64,000 nt of DNA from Sphyrna mokarran (Eukaryota). Position 1 is the first letter of the stretch. Each line of letters opens with the position of its first letter. This document shows positions 11,799-23,040 of this stretch, in pieces. The notes under the pieces are model-generated. The model made no database searches and was not told where the DNA came from. It saw only the letters and a program-made list of their open reading frames with translations. Where the stretch lies: NCBI GenBank assembly GCA_024679065.1, contig JAGIQG010000013.1:35154001-35218000 (forward strand). The letters run 5' to 3'. The position numbers and the translations under genes were made by a program.

Positions 11799-12000
11799 TC
11801 CGCTCCGCGAGTCAACGCCGCGACCTTAGCCCCGCCCACAAAGGTCACGTGATTCCGGCTGCCAATCAGGCGCCGTCCGCCTCAGCTGCATCCGGGATCA
11901 GAATTTAAAATTTCTGACGGTTAACGGCCACGGGCAGGAGCCAATTAGAATGCGGGACGGTCAGTGGGCGGGGTTTAAAGCCCCACCTCCTCCCTCTCCC
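11799..12000 (-). promoter_or_regulatory. TTF2: TTF2 promoter / 5' UTR, CpG-island-like
   Basis: Locally CpG-rich. Contains E-box GTCACGTGA (~11844), CCAAT boxes (~11862, ~11941), GC box GGGCGGGG (~11966) and TTTAAA motifs (~11904, ~11974), directly upstream of the ATG. Confidence 0.75.
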
Positions 12001-12046
12001 TCTCTTTCTGAGTGAGAGAAATTGGACTCTGGTCATCAGAACTAGA

Positions 12047-12158
12047 TGTAGAGATACTGCATTGGACTGGAGTAAGAACAGAAAGAAGTCTCACAACACA
12101 GCTTAAAGTCCATAAATAAATCTGTCGGATTTTAAACTAGTGTTGTGAGACTTCTTTC
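12047..12158. mobile_element. Very short palindromic Penelope pLTR derivative with 13-bp target-site duplication
   Basis: Arms aagaagtctcacaacac and gtgttgtgagacttctt. CATCAGAACTAGA is repeated at 12034-12046 and 12159-12171. Same pLTR end as the 9.1-10.8 kb element. Confidence 0.8.
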
Positions 12159-12272
12159 CATCAGAACTAGAAACATCCTTCTGGCTAAGAACAAGCGTGA
12201 GCTCAGGTGTAATGCCTGTTTTTGTCCAGTTTGGATCTTTGCATTTGATTTATTATTGCCACACCAGTTAGT

Positions 12273-12574
12273 AGGGCAGCACGGTGGTTAGCACTGTTGA
12301 TTCACTGCACCCAGGACCTGGATTCAATTCCTGGCTTGGGTCACTGTCTATGTGGAGTTTGCACATTATCCCCGTGTTTCCTCTGGGTGTTCTGGTTTCC
12401 TCCCAAAGATGTCCGGCTAGGTGAATTGGCCATCATAAATTGACTCCTAGTATCAGGGGGCTAGCTAGGGTAAATGTGTGGGGCTCCGGGGCTAGTGCTT
12501 GCGTGGGATTGCGGTTGGTGCAGTCTTGATGGGCTGAATGGCCTCCTTCTGCACTGTAGCGTTTCTATGATTCT
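12273..12574 (+). mobile_element. HE1-like V-SINE, CR1-type tail
   Basis: gggcagcacggtggttagcactg head through gatgggctgaatggcctccttctgcactgt...ctatgattct tail. Confidence 0.88.
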
Positions 12575-12617
12575 CGCATACAGTGAAAAGTATTGTTTCA
12601 TGCACTATATAGAGAAG

Positions 12618-12857
12618 TCATGATGTAGAGATACCGGCATTGGACTGGGGTAAACACAGTAAGAAATCTGACGAAACCAGGTTTAGGTCCAACCAATTTA
12701 TTTGATAGTAAACTCACAAGCTTTCGAGGTTGTCCTCTTTGTCAGGTGAATGTGGTGTTCCTCATTCACCTGACGAAGAGGACAGCCTCGAAAGCTTGTG
12801 AGTTTACTATCAAATAAATCAGTTGGACCTAAACCTGGTGTTGTCAGACTTCTTACT
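12618..12857. mobile_element. Palindromic non-coding Penelope pLTR element with hammerhead motifs
   Basis: About 95-bp inverted arms centred near 12757, plus a ~40-bp one-sided tail. TSD ACTA(T/C)ATAGAGAAG at 12604-12617 and 12855-12868. Inserted in a Rex1-like LINE. Confidence 0.88.
12766..12801 (+). ncRNA. Minimal type I hammerhead ribozyme motif (Penelope-associated)
   Basis: TCAC-CTGACGA-A-GAGG(ACAG)CCTC-GAAA-GC-TT-GTGA: helix I TCAC/GTGA, intact core, 4-bp stem II, palindromic AGCT in place of helix III. Confidence 0.75.
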
Positions 12858-14892
12858 ACATAGAGAAGGCATAGCGTGCATAGAGAAGGAAAAGAGAGGG
12901 TGCAGAATGTTGTGTTATCGTCAGCTAATGTGTAGAGAAAGATCAACTGAATGATGCATTCAAAAGTGTGACAGTAGCAGGGAAGAAGCTGTTCTTGAAT
13001 CAGTTCATACATGTCCTCAGACCATTTATCTTTTTCCTGACAAAAGAAGATGGAAGAGACGATGTCCAGGTTGCATGGGGTTCTTAATTATGCTGGCTGC
13101 TTTTTTGAAGCAGTGGGAAGAGTAGACAGTGTCAGTAGGTATGAAGCTGTTTTGTATGATTGTGTGGGCTTTGTTCACAACTCTTTGCAGTTCCTTGTCA
13201 TCTTGGTCAGAGCAGTGATACAACCAACAAGAATGCTTTCTGTGGTGCAAGTGTAAAAACTGGTGAGCATCATAGCAGACATGCTGAATTTCCTTAGCCC
13301 TCTTGAGGAGGTGTTGATGGATTTTATTAAATACAGCATCAGTGTGGAGGGACCAGGTTGTTGGTGATCTGGATACCTGGAAACTTGAAGCTGTCAACTA
13401 TTTCCCATTGTTGTGGACAGGAAAATATCTTCCATTACGCTTCCTGAATGACAATCTCCGTTGTTTTACTGATATTGAGGGAGAAATTATTGTCATCACA
13501 ACATTTCACTAGATTCTCTATCTCTTTACTATTCTCCATCTTGGCGTTGTTTGAGTTCTGACCCCTACAGTAGCGTCATCAGCAAACTTGAAAATGGAGG
13601 GGAATTTGGCCACACAGTTATAAGTGTATATGGACTATAGTAAGAGGCTGAGGACACAGTCATTGATTGAGTTGTATTTATTAACTATATTCTCAAGTTA
13701 AATGACTGAGAATGATTTCTATCGTATATCATAGCTATGAGACAGGGGCCAATTTTCCTGGATTATCAATAAGTATCTTGGGTTATTGTAGTTTCCTCTT
13801 TACCTCTATTTTACAAATTTCTTTAGTACATCATCTCCAACAAGGAAGAATTTATTTCGTATCTGTCATGACCTTCAAACATTTCAAGGTGTTTTACAAT
13901 TAAAGTACAGTCACTGTTGTACTAAATGCAACAGCTAATTTGCACACAAATCTCCCACAAACAATGTAATAAACAGCAGATAAATAGTGATTACATACAT
14001 CTCATCTGAATGGCAGCTCCACCAACATTGCAGCACTCCCGCCCCATGCTGAATTAATGTCAGCTGTGGATTTTGTGTCCATCCTGAATGGGTCTACAAC
14101 TTTCTGACTGAAAGACAAGAGTTTTACCAACTGAGCCATGACTGACAGGACAAATGTATTGACACCATATTGGTGTCGTCGCAAGAAGCAATCTGAAATA
14201 AAATCACTTCATTTGTAAGCTTCCTGCAATATCACATCAATCTGAATTTGCATACTTTATACCAAACCATACTCTCCTTGGATTTCAATTTTTCATTTGT
14301 TTGACCAATACAAAATTTGGTATCCAATTACTTTCTATTTTGGTTAACCTCTTTTTGGGTTTAAGTAGGAACATGTTCCATACATGCTAAAGTAATGTAA
14401 TTAATGGAGATCAGTTCTTAGTTTTTACTGTTCTGGTCTAAAATTCCATCCATCTAATCGTTTCTGTAAACCATTCCTTTATAATATGTTCATTGTCTTA
14501 TCATGTTCCCACAATTTCTTTATGTCACTTCATCTGATTTATTGCCAAATTGCATTTAGTGAAACCATGCCATTTTTTTCAGCAGCCCAGGATAAAATTG
14601 TAACTTACTATCACATAAAACAAAGGCAAAGTTGCAAAAGGAAGACTTAAAGAGGATAACGTCCAAGTTGCAAATCATTATCCATCTATTATTTGGTCCT
14701 TTTCTTTGTCTCAGGCACTACACTGATTCAACTTTATTTTTTGTTTTGTTAACAAGGGCTATTTTTTTTTCTTTAACATAAGTCTGCAGTTCAGCTAACT
14801 ACAACAATTGTTGAATCCTAAATTATTCACTTTCATTTTTTTCCCAGAAATGTTAAAGTTCCGGGTGCAGCATAACGTCAGAGAAATATCAG

Positions 14893-15228
14893 TTTAAGGT
14901 TTATTTATTAGTGTCATAAGTAGGCTTGCATTCACACTGCAATGAAGTTACTGTGTAAAGCCACTGGTCACCACACTCCGGCACCTGTTCGGATACACTG
15001 AGGGAGAATTTAGCATGGCCAATGCACCCAACCGGCATGTTTCTCGGACTATGGGAAGAAATTGGAGCACCCAGGGGAAACCCATGCAGACATGGAGAAA
15101 ATATGCAGACTCTGTACCAGTGTATCAAGCTGGGAATTGAACTCAGGTCCCTGGCATTCTGAGGCAGCAGTGCTAACCACTGCTTAGCACTGTACCGCCC
15201 TGCTAACCACTATGCCACCGTGCCGCCT
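14893..15228 (-). mobile_element. V-SINE, alternative tail (gcctacttatgacactaataaataaac)
   Basis: Same head and core as HE1, different 3' tail. Confidence 0.85.
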
Positions 15229-15256
15229 CCTGTAGACAAGCTGCTTGGTAGTGAGT

Positions 15257-16085
15257 AAAGAACAAAGGAAAATACAGCACAGGAAACAGGCCCTTCGGCC
15301 CTCCAAGCTTGTGCTGCTCATTGGTCCAAGTAAACCATTCTTCTGTATCTCTCCATTCCTAGTCTGCTCCTGTGACTATCCAGATAAGTCTTAAACGATT
15401 CCAGCACGTGCGCCTCCACCACCCTGCTTGGCAGGGCATTCCAGGTCCCCACGATCCTCTGTGTAAAATACATCCCTCCGATATCTGAATCAAACCTTGT
15501 CCCCCTCACCTTGAACTTGTGACCCTTTCGTGTTTGTCATCTCTGACATGGGAAAAAGCTTCCCACTGTTCAGCCCATCCACACCCCTCATAATTTTATA
15601 CACCTCTATTAGGTCTCCCCTCATTCTCTGACTTTCCAAGGAGAACAACCCCAGTTTACCCAATCTCTCCTCATAGCTAAGACCCACCATACCAGGCAAC
15701 ATCCTGGTAAACCTTCTCTGCACTCTCTCCAAAGCCTCCACATCCTTCTGGTAGTGCAGCAACCAGAACTGGACACTATTCCAAATGTGGCCTAACTAAC
15801 CTTCTATACAACTGTAACATCAGACGCCAATTTTTATACTCTATGCCCCGTCCTATAAAGGCAAGCATGCCATTTGCCTTCTTCATCACCTTTTTCACCT
15901 GTGCTGCCATCTTTAAGGATCTGTGGACTTGCACTCCCAGGTCCCTCTGTGCATCTATAGTTTTGATGGTTCTGCCATTTATTGTATAGCTCTCTCCTAC
16001 CAAAATGCATCATTTCGCATTTATCTGGATTAAATTCTGTCTGCCATTTCTCCGCCCAATTTTCCAACCCATTTATATCCTGCTG
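15257..16085 (-). mobile_element. CR1 LINE 3' fragment with TGTTCTT-type terminus
   Basis: WAEKWQTEFNPDKCEMMHFG, QRDLGVQVHRSLK, RPHLE, LERVQRRFTRMLPG and FTQRIVGTWNALP. Confidence 0.9.
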
Positions 16086-17076
16086 TAGTAAGAATAGTAT
16101 TTATTTTCTCTGAGCAGTAAGGAATGTCATTTTAAATTCAAATGCAAGTCAGAAATTATCAGCAAGTAAACAAATTATGAACAGAAAGGGGAAAACACTT
16201 TTTAATGATCAGTGATCCCAAAAGGATTTAATGTCAACAATTTGCTTGAGTATATCAGTTTTTGGGGGAACATGGAAACGTTTTGAAGATGTATTTTCAT
16301 TGTTGATCATGGCTTCAAAAATATTAGTTCAGTTGTTTTAAAGACAATTCCCCCATTACTATCATAATCAGGGGTAGTTTAATATCATAGTCTCACTGAG
16401 TACTTCTTTTAACCATTTTAAATTTTAACCATTCTATTTGTTCATTCCATCAAGTCTGACACTTGCAGACGCTATGGAAATTTATTTTTGTTCTATTCCT
16501 AACAATATACATTTCTTTCCTCTTCCTGATGCACAAATCAGCCTTCACTATCAATATCCATTACCTTGAACCCTTCACTTTGAAGGCATCTATTCCACAA
16601 GAACAATTGCAGTAGGCAGTACGATGGCATCGCTTCAAACTGCTACTTAAAAGAAACTAATAGAGTAAATAGAATAAGAGATTAATGACTTGCTCACTTT
16701 GAGAAATCCTTTGGGGCTTGGAGAGCAGTCAGCCAGCACAATAGCACTTCCAGATGAGCTGCTAAGTGAATTAAGGCAGTACTTTGAAAAAGGTCAAACT
16801 GTGACTTTGTAATTCTTCAAAGATATCTTTACCTTTTGCAAGAAAAATCTCATGTGCACTTTAGGTGCTATAATGTATATTACAGTCAGAATTACTCCAC
16901 ACCACCTATCTTTGCAAAAGGTATAAAGTCAAAACACTTGCATAAAAGTACAAAGGTCTTTCTCAAATCTCAGTTTTGAGGATACAATTGTAATTATAAA
17001 TTAACAGACTTTTAACATAAACCACTTTCAACTCTAGTTCTGCAAATTTAGACTCCATAGCATCACTTGGAGCCAC

Positions 17077-18945
17077 AGGGTCATATGGCGCAGAAAAGGC
17101 CCTTTCACCCATGGAGTCTGCACCAACAATAACACCACTTGTCCCATATCCTTGAATGTTGTGACGTGTCAAGTGCTCACCCAAATACCTTTTAAAGATT
17201 GTAATGTTTCCAGCATCCACTACCTTACCAGGCAAGGCATTCCAGGTTCCCATCACCCTCTGAGTGATTATTTTTTCTTGCAAATCCCCACTGAATCTCC
17301 TGCCCCTTATCCTAAAACTATGCCCCCTCATGATTGATCCCTCAACCAACGGGAACAGCTGCTTCCTATTCACCTTGTCCATACCCTTCATAATCTTATG
17401 AACCTCAATCATGTTCTCCTCAGCCTTCGCTGCTCTAGAGAAAACAATCCAAGCCTATCAGCTCTCTCATAAGTGCTCAAATGCTCCATCCCGTGCAACA
17501 TCCTAATGAATCTCTGCATCCTGTTTAGTACAATCACATCCTTCCTATAGTGGGATGACCAGAACTTCACACAGTACAAAGGGTTAACCAAGGCTCTAAA
17601 CAACTCCAACATTTCCTCCTTGCTCTTATACTCTGATAAAAGCAAGTGTCCCATATGCCTTTTTACCTATCCTCTTCACCTGCTTTGCCAATTTCAGGAT
17701 CTGTGAATAAATACCCCAATGTCCATCTGCTCCTCTGAGCTTTCTAGTGTCCTGCCATACCTTAAATAATTTCTCATTGGTTGCACAATGGTTAGCACTG
17801 TTGCCTTAGAGAGCCAAGAACCCAGGTTTGATTCTGTTCTTAGGTCACTGTATGTGCAGAGTCTGCACATTCTCCCTGCATTTGCATGGGTTTCCTCTGA
17901 GTGCTCTGGTTTCCCCCTGCAGTACGAAAGACATGCTGGTTAGGCACATTGGCTGAATTTAATTCTCCCTAAATAGGCGCCGGGGTGTGGCGACTAGGAG
18001 ATTTTCACAGTAACTTCACTGCAGTGTTAATGTAAACCTACTTATGGCACAATTAAATAAACTTAATAAACTTTAAACTTAAACTCTTCCAAAGTGCATC
18101 ATTTTACACTTACCAGGGTTAACCACCGCATGGCACTGCTCTGCCCATCTGACCAACCCATCTACGTCTCTTTGTAACCTGTGACCTTCTTCACTATTAA
18201 TCACCCTACCAATCTTGATATTATCTGCAAACTTGCTTATCCTTCTCCCTACTTTATCATCTATATCATTATATGTATATGAAACAAATACTGATTAAAA
18301 ACCTATCTATCTTCTCCTGAAACTTGTTTAATGTTCCAGTGTTCACTGCACTCTGGAGTAGAGAATTCCACAGGTTTGTAACACTAAGTGAATTCCTCTC
18401 TATTTCTGTTTTAAATCTGCCACCCCTTAGCCTTAAATTATGGCCTCTCATTTTAGAATGTCCAACAAGGGAAATATCCATTCACTCTGTCAATTCCCTG
18501 TAGCATCTTATAAACCTCAATTAGCTGTCCTCTCATTCTTCTAAATTTCAGTACGTATAAGCCTAAATTGCTCTCTCATCTTAAGACATGTATTTCATCT
18601 ATGGAATCAATCTAGTGAAACTTCTCTGAACCATCTTTAACGCATTGATGTCCTTCTTCAAGTAAGCAGACCAAACTATACTCACTACTCCAGATGCGAT
18701 CTCACCAATGCTCCCTACAGTTGGAACAGCATTTGCCTATTTTTATATTCTATTTCATTAGCAATGAAAGCCAAAATCCTATTTGGTTTTCTCATTACCT
18801 GCGGTACCTGCACGATAACTTTCTGTGATTTGTGCACAAAAACATCCAGATCCTTCTGTACCAAAGCATTTTGAAGTTTATCTCCATTTAGATAATAAGT
18901 TTGCCTTTTTATTTCTTCAACCAAAATGGATAACTTCACTCTGAA
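17077..18945 (-). mobile_element. Two adjacent CR1 LINE 3' fragments (17077-18270 with an inserted SINE; 18285-18945)
   Basis: IEVHKIMKGMDKVNRKQLFP...VMGTWNALP; RGHNLRLRGGRFKTE; QKDLDVFVHKSQKV. Confidence 0.85.
17779..18082 (+). mobile_element. V-SINE, alternative tail
   Basis: Head and core plus gtgtggcgactagg...cagtaacttcactgcagtgttaatgtaa...aaataaact. Confidence 0.85.
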
Positions 18946-19269
18946 TGTTGTCAGCAATGCTGGATGCAGTAACTTCAGTCACTGCTGGCCTTAAAAGAAA
19001 AAGCACCACGACTCCAAAGGACTGAGGTGATGTAGGCATGCCTGTGTCCCACCACCTTTGTCGTAATGAGTGACCTGTCAATGAATGTCTTGCAGTGTGG
19101 GTGATTTGCCTACATTGCCAAATAATTGGAGATATGTGGAAGCTGGGAGATGTGTGGATGGCAGCATTGGTAATTATGGAAGGGTGAGGGACATCTAAAC
19201 ACTCAGCATGAGTTTTGAATGCTGATGGGTGAGCAATGGATTAGACAGTGTGAAAGTTTGGTGAAAGAT

Positions 19270-19510
19270 GCATTCACTGATGAGCCATGTGAGATCTTTG
19301 AATTTTTCCAGTACTGTAACCAGATCATGGAGCTAAACACTGGGAATTGACTGTCTCCCATTCCTTTTATTCTGCATGTCTTGGGGGATTCTTGGTGTCA
19401 TGTGGAAACATCATCTCTCTACTTCTTTGACTTGCTGGATTAAATCCTCCAGTTTTGCATCAGAGAACCTGGAAATTCTCTCTCTTTCTCTCTCTGTCTC
19501 TCTGACATAT
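19270..19510 (-). mobile_element. Decayed PIF/Harbinger Myb/SANT-like accessory gene fragment
   Basis: Broken minus-strand frames read RFSDAKLEDLIQQV, EWETVN and a WLQYW..FKDLT-like stretch, matching the RFS...LE.LV..V / W..V / QC.KKF.DL pattern. Confidence 0.55.
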
Positions 19511-20425
19511 TTCTCCATTTGAAATCTCCTTCCTTCCATCAAATCTTTTTGATCCAGCATCATAGCTGCTGTGACCTGACTGTGCCTTCAGGCTAGCTGT
19601 GTGTTGTGCTAGTCATGTTTAATTCTGGGACTCCTCCTGCAACTCCTCTCAGTTTGCACTGAGCTACATGCCATAGTCATTGAAATGAACAGGCAGCACA
19701 CTGCTTACATTCCTCAACTTGATCAGGTGCCAGCTTAATTGAATTCATTTACTCAGATACCTTAATTAGCCTCAACCATTCAAGTCTGATTTTTCTGCAT
19801 TCAATTTAAAATATTGTTTCTTTCTTAAATCTTGATTCACGCAAATGTGCCAAATTCTATATATTAATTCCAAGGTGAATTCGTTCACACAATTTAGATT
19901 AGCAGTTTTCTAAAGTCATTTGTGGGTAACAATGCAGTATCCATAATTTGATCTTTTGGTCTGATACATGGTTGGTAAATTTCAAACCCAAAATCTCCCC
20001 AGAAGAACTCAATGTCTTAAAAATATTGATTTAGATGTAAAAAAATTAACAAATGCAAAATAGCACAGGCTCATAGAAGAGACAATAAGGAAAATATTTA
20101 TGTTGCTCTTAATAACATTGACAGCAATTACAGAAGTTTAAACTGCTCTTCATTCTGTGAGATACTGTACCATGAAGCAGCAGAAAGCACACATATTTAA
20201 AGAGACAGTGCATGAAACACCAAAGAAAATCTATTATTCTTTTACTTCAATCCAATTTTCACACAATAAATTAATTGCTGATATGTGCTTCAGTTTATTT
20301 ATCTTCCGTGGGCTGGATTCTCCAGCTGCATGCCAGTGGGATTCTCAGGTCCCATTGCAGTGAACAGGGATTTGGCTGAGCGCCAAATTCTCCTGCCTCA
20401 CTGGCAGCCATGACAGGGCCTGAAT

Positions 20426-20903
20426 AGAACAAAGAACAAAACAGCACAGGAAACAGGCCCTTCGGCCCAACCCCATCACCCCGATGTTCCCACTTCTACC
20501 CATGATTCCTGTCTATGTTTATAGATCTATGGATTAAAAACCAAATTTGAGACATTTAGGGAGAATTTGTTTTGCCAATTAGCCTAAGAGCACATCTTTG
20601 GGATGTGGGAGGAAACGGGAGCACCTGGAGAAAACCCACGCAAGCACAGGGAGAATGTGCAAACTCCCACGGACACAGGCCCGAATCCACGTATCTGCAC
20701 AGCACAGCGATAGTCACTGAGCTGTCACGTTGCCCATCAAATGGTCCAGGTCAAGCGTACACTAACGACGTGAAGCACTAGGATACTCTCGAAAAAAATC
20801 CAAGAGCAGCCCTCTCACGACCCATCGCGTGTATGCTCCTTGTCAGACAACAAGGTGGACCAAAGCACCTGTAGAATAAAAACAAGTACATCAATATCAT
20901 CAT
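20426..20903 (-). mobile_element. Composite CR1-tailed retroelement containing a V-SINE core (copy 1, collinear)
   Basis: Unique segment, degenerate SINE head and core, unique segment, then CR1-type tail ending in TGTTCTT repeats. Highly similar to 34021-34600. Confidence 0.8.
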
Positions 20904-21055
20904 CCAGAGAATTCTAACTTATGCTTACCCTTTGTACATCCAACAATTAATTTTTACTTGACTGCTTAACAACATTGAGAAAGAGCAAACACAAACTCCT
21001 GAACTTCCTGCATGTTTTACTTTCCTCATTGTTGAGCAAAGGAAGGTATGTTCCA

Positions 21056-21440
21056 GGGAGGCAGTGACATAATGTATTGCCATTGGTTTAATAATCTAGA
21101 GACTTGGTAATACTCTGGGGACCTGGGCTTGAATCCCAGCATGGCAGGTGGTGAAATTTGAATTCAATAAAAATATGGAATTAAGAATTTTCTGATGACC
21201 ATGAAACCATTGTTGACTGTCAAAAAAGTCCATCTGATTCACTAATGTCTTTTAGGGAAGGAAATCTTCCATCCTTACCCGGTCTGGCCCACATATGACT
21301 CCAGAGGCACAGTAATGTGATTGACATTATATAATTCTAAAGTGGCCTAGCAGATCATTCAGTTCAAGGTCAATTAAAGATTGCCAACAAATGCTGGCCC
21401 AGCCAGTGATGCCCACATCCCCTGAACAAATAATATTTAA
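21056..21440 (+). mobile_element. tRNA-headed SINE of a second family with an L2/CR1-superclade tail (other copies ~25347-25460 and ~62645-62935)
   Basis: Head gggaggcagtg...ttgaatccca, core gaccatgaaaccattg...tttagggaaggaaatct repeated at 62.7 kb, tail aatgctggcccagccagtgatgcccacatccc. Confidence 0.7.
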
Positions 21441-22825
21441 AAAAATGTAATTGCATTGAATAGAGAAAGAAGCAGACAGCGAGGAATTCATTGGAAGTCC
21501 CAGTAAATTCTCAACTGCTGAATTATTTGTAGTGCAGATGTCACTCCTGCAATTCCTATATTCACAGTGTTCCCTTTCACTCTCAGATTTAAGGGTGTAT
21601 CTGTTTGGAGTCACTCAAAAAACTCTTCTTTCAAAAGCCTGTTTCCAAGATGATGTCCACCATAATGTCCCATGTGGTACCGGGCTACATATCCCTCTCA
21701 TTTTTTCATTGATCAAATATCTGAGAGGAACTTCTTGGATCATTTGTACCATGATATGGATCTTATTGCCTTTGTGTTGGCGAGTCCCCAATTTAATGTT
21801 CATGCTACTACTAAACTTAGCTCCTGCCTGGCTTGTCAGTCTTTAGATGAATCCTTTAAACATTAAAGATATTGCTGTCTCCGGATTTATGAATAGGTTT
21901 AATAACTCACTTCATTTATGATTGATACAACATTAACCTTAACCCAAACAACCACAGATTAGCCCTATGACCCAAACAAACTGTGCCAATTTAATGAGGA
22001 CCTGTAAAAGTGTTTTCTTTACATCACCAAGAGTGAAAAGCAGCTATAGCTTCTTTATTTCAGAATAAATAAAAACATGAGGTTTCCTTTATACCATTTT
22101 CTTTTATGGTTCTCTTCCTGCTGAAAGTACCCAATATTTTATGACCACTCTGTTTGTTGAATTGATTGCTAAGCAGAGATGAGAGTCTCTGCGGCTTTCC
22201 ATTTAGTACTGTTACTTCCGATCCTCAAGCTATAGCTTTGCTGGAAGCAACCTTTGATGCTCTTATCCTGCTGTGATGAAAAGACTGTATTCCAAAAGCT
22301 TTCATCTTTCAATCTTGATATTTCTTTAAACTCTATATTCCTCCACCTGCTTTATTTATATGTACCTGCCTTTATAGTACATTACAACATCTTTACTGCT
22401 GAAAATGATCCTTCCATAATGTTATCAGTATCAGTGAAGGGAAAGCACAGGCTTTTTGAGAACACCATTCATCCCGATTCTGTCTATTTTATTTCTATCA
22501 CAGATGAAACAGTAAAGTAAAAACATATCGACGTTCTGACAATAGTTACCTAGAAAAGAAGGGGGGAAAATTTCCATGAAGGTTTTTCCAATTGCGGGCT
22601 TGTTGGGCTGAAGGTCCTGTTTCCCGTGCTGTTTTGTTCTTTGTTCTTTGTAATTGAAAGTGGTAATTTTGGTGGAAGGTGTGTAGAAATTTCTGAAAAT
22701 TGACAAAATTATGGTGGGGAACCAAGATAACTCCCTCGACCTAACAAGCACGTGTCTCAAATGTTCGAAGAGTAAGAAGCAATCTGATTGAAATGTATAA
22801 GATCCTGAGAATTTTTGAAGAGGAT

Positions 22826-22962
22826 GGTTAGAATTCTCCAACCTCACCTGTAGTTGGAATTCTCCAGTCCCGCTGTAGTGAATGGGAGATTTGGCTGAGC
22901 ACCAAATTCTCCATTCTTGCTGGCAGCGGTAGCGGGGTGTGTGAAACTGGAGAATTCTGGCT
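22826..22962. mobile_element. ~135-bp MITE-like element (relatives ~20309-20915 split, ~23409-23547, ~27288-27423, ~35107-35185)
   Basis: TIR-like agaattctcca and tggagaattct, shared internal gagatttggctgagc.ccaaattctcc; interrupts a CR1. Confidence 0.65.
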
Positions 22963-23040
22963 GACATTTCCTTTTGTGGGATAATCTAGAAACAAGGGTT
23001 CACTATTCAAAAATAAGGTGTTGCTCATTTGGGAGAGAGA

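Larger units (their letters stand above)
12236..13660 (-). mobile_element. Rex1/Babar-type LINE 3' fragment hosting a SINE and a Penelope palindrome
   Basis: KELQRVVNKAHTIIQ...KKAASIIKNPMQPGHRLFHLLLSGKR, with terminal (plus-strand) atttgatttattatt. Confidence 0.8.

Noticed and set aside
12273-12345. tRNA gene calls at SINE heads
   Set aside because: The A/B-box-like heads continue into SINE cores and do not form complete cloverleaves.
22431-22967. 178-aa ORF
   Set aside because: It runs antisense across a MITE, a CR1 piece and a short CR1 tail, so it is a chance open frame.
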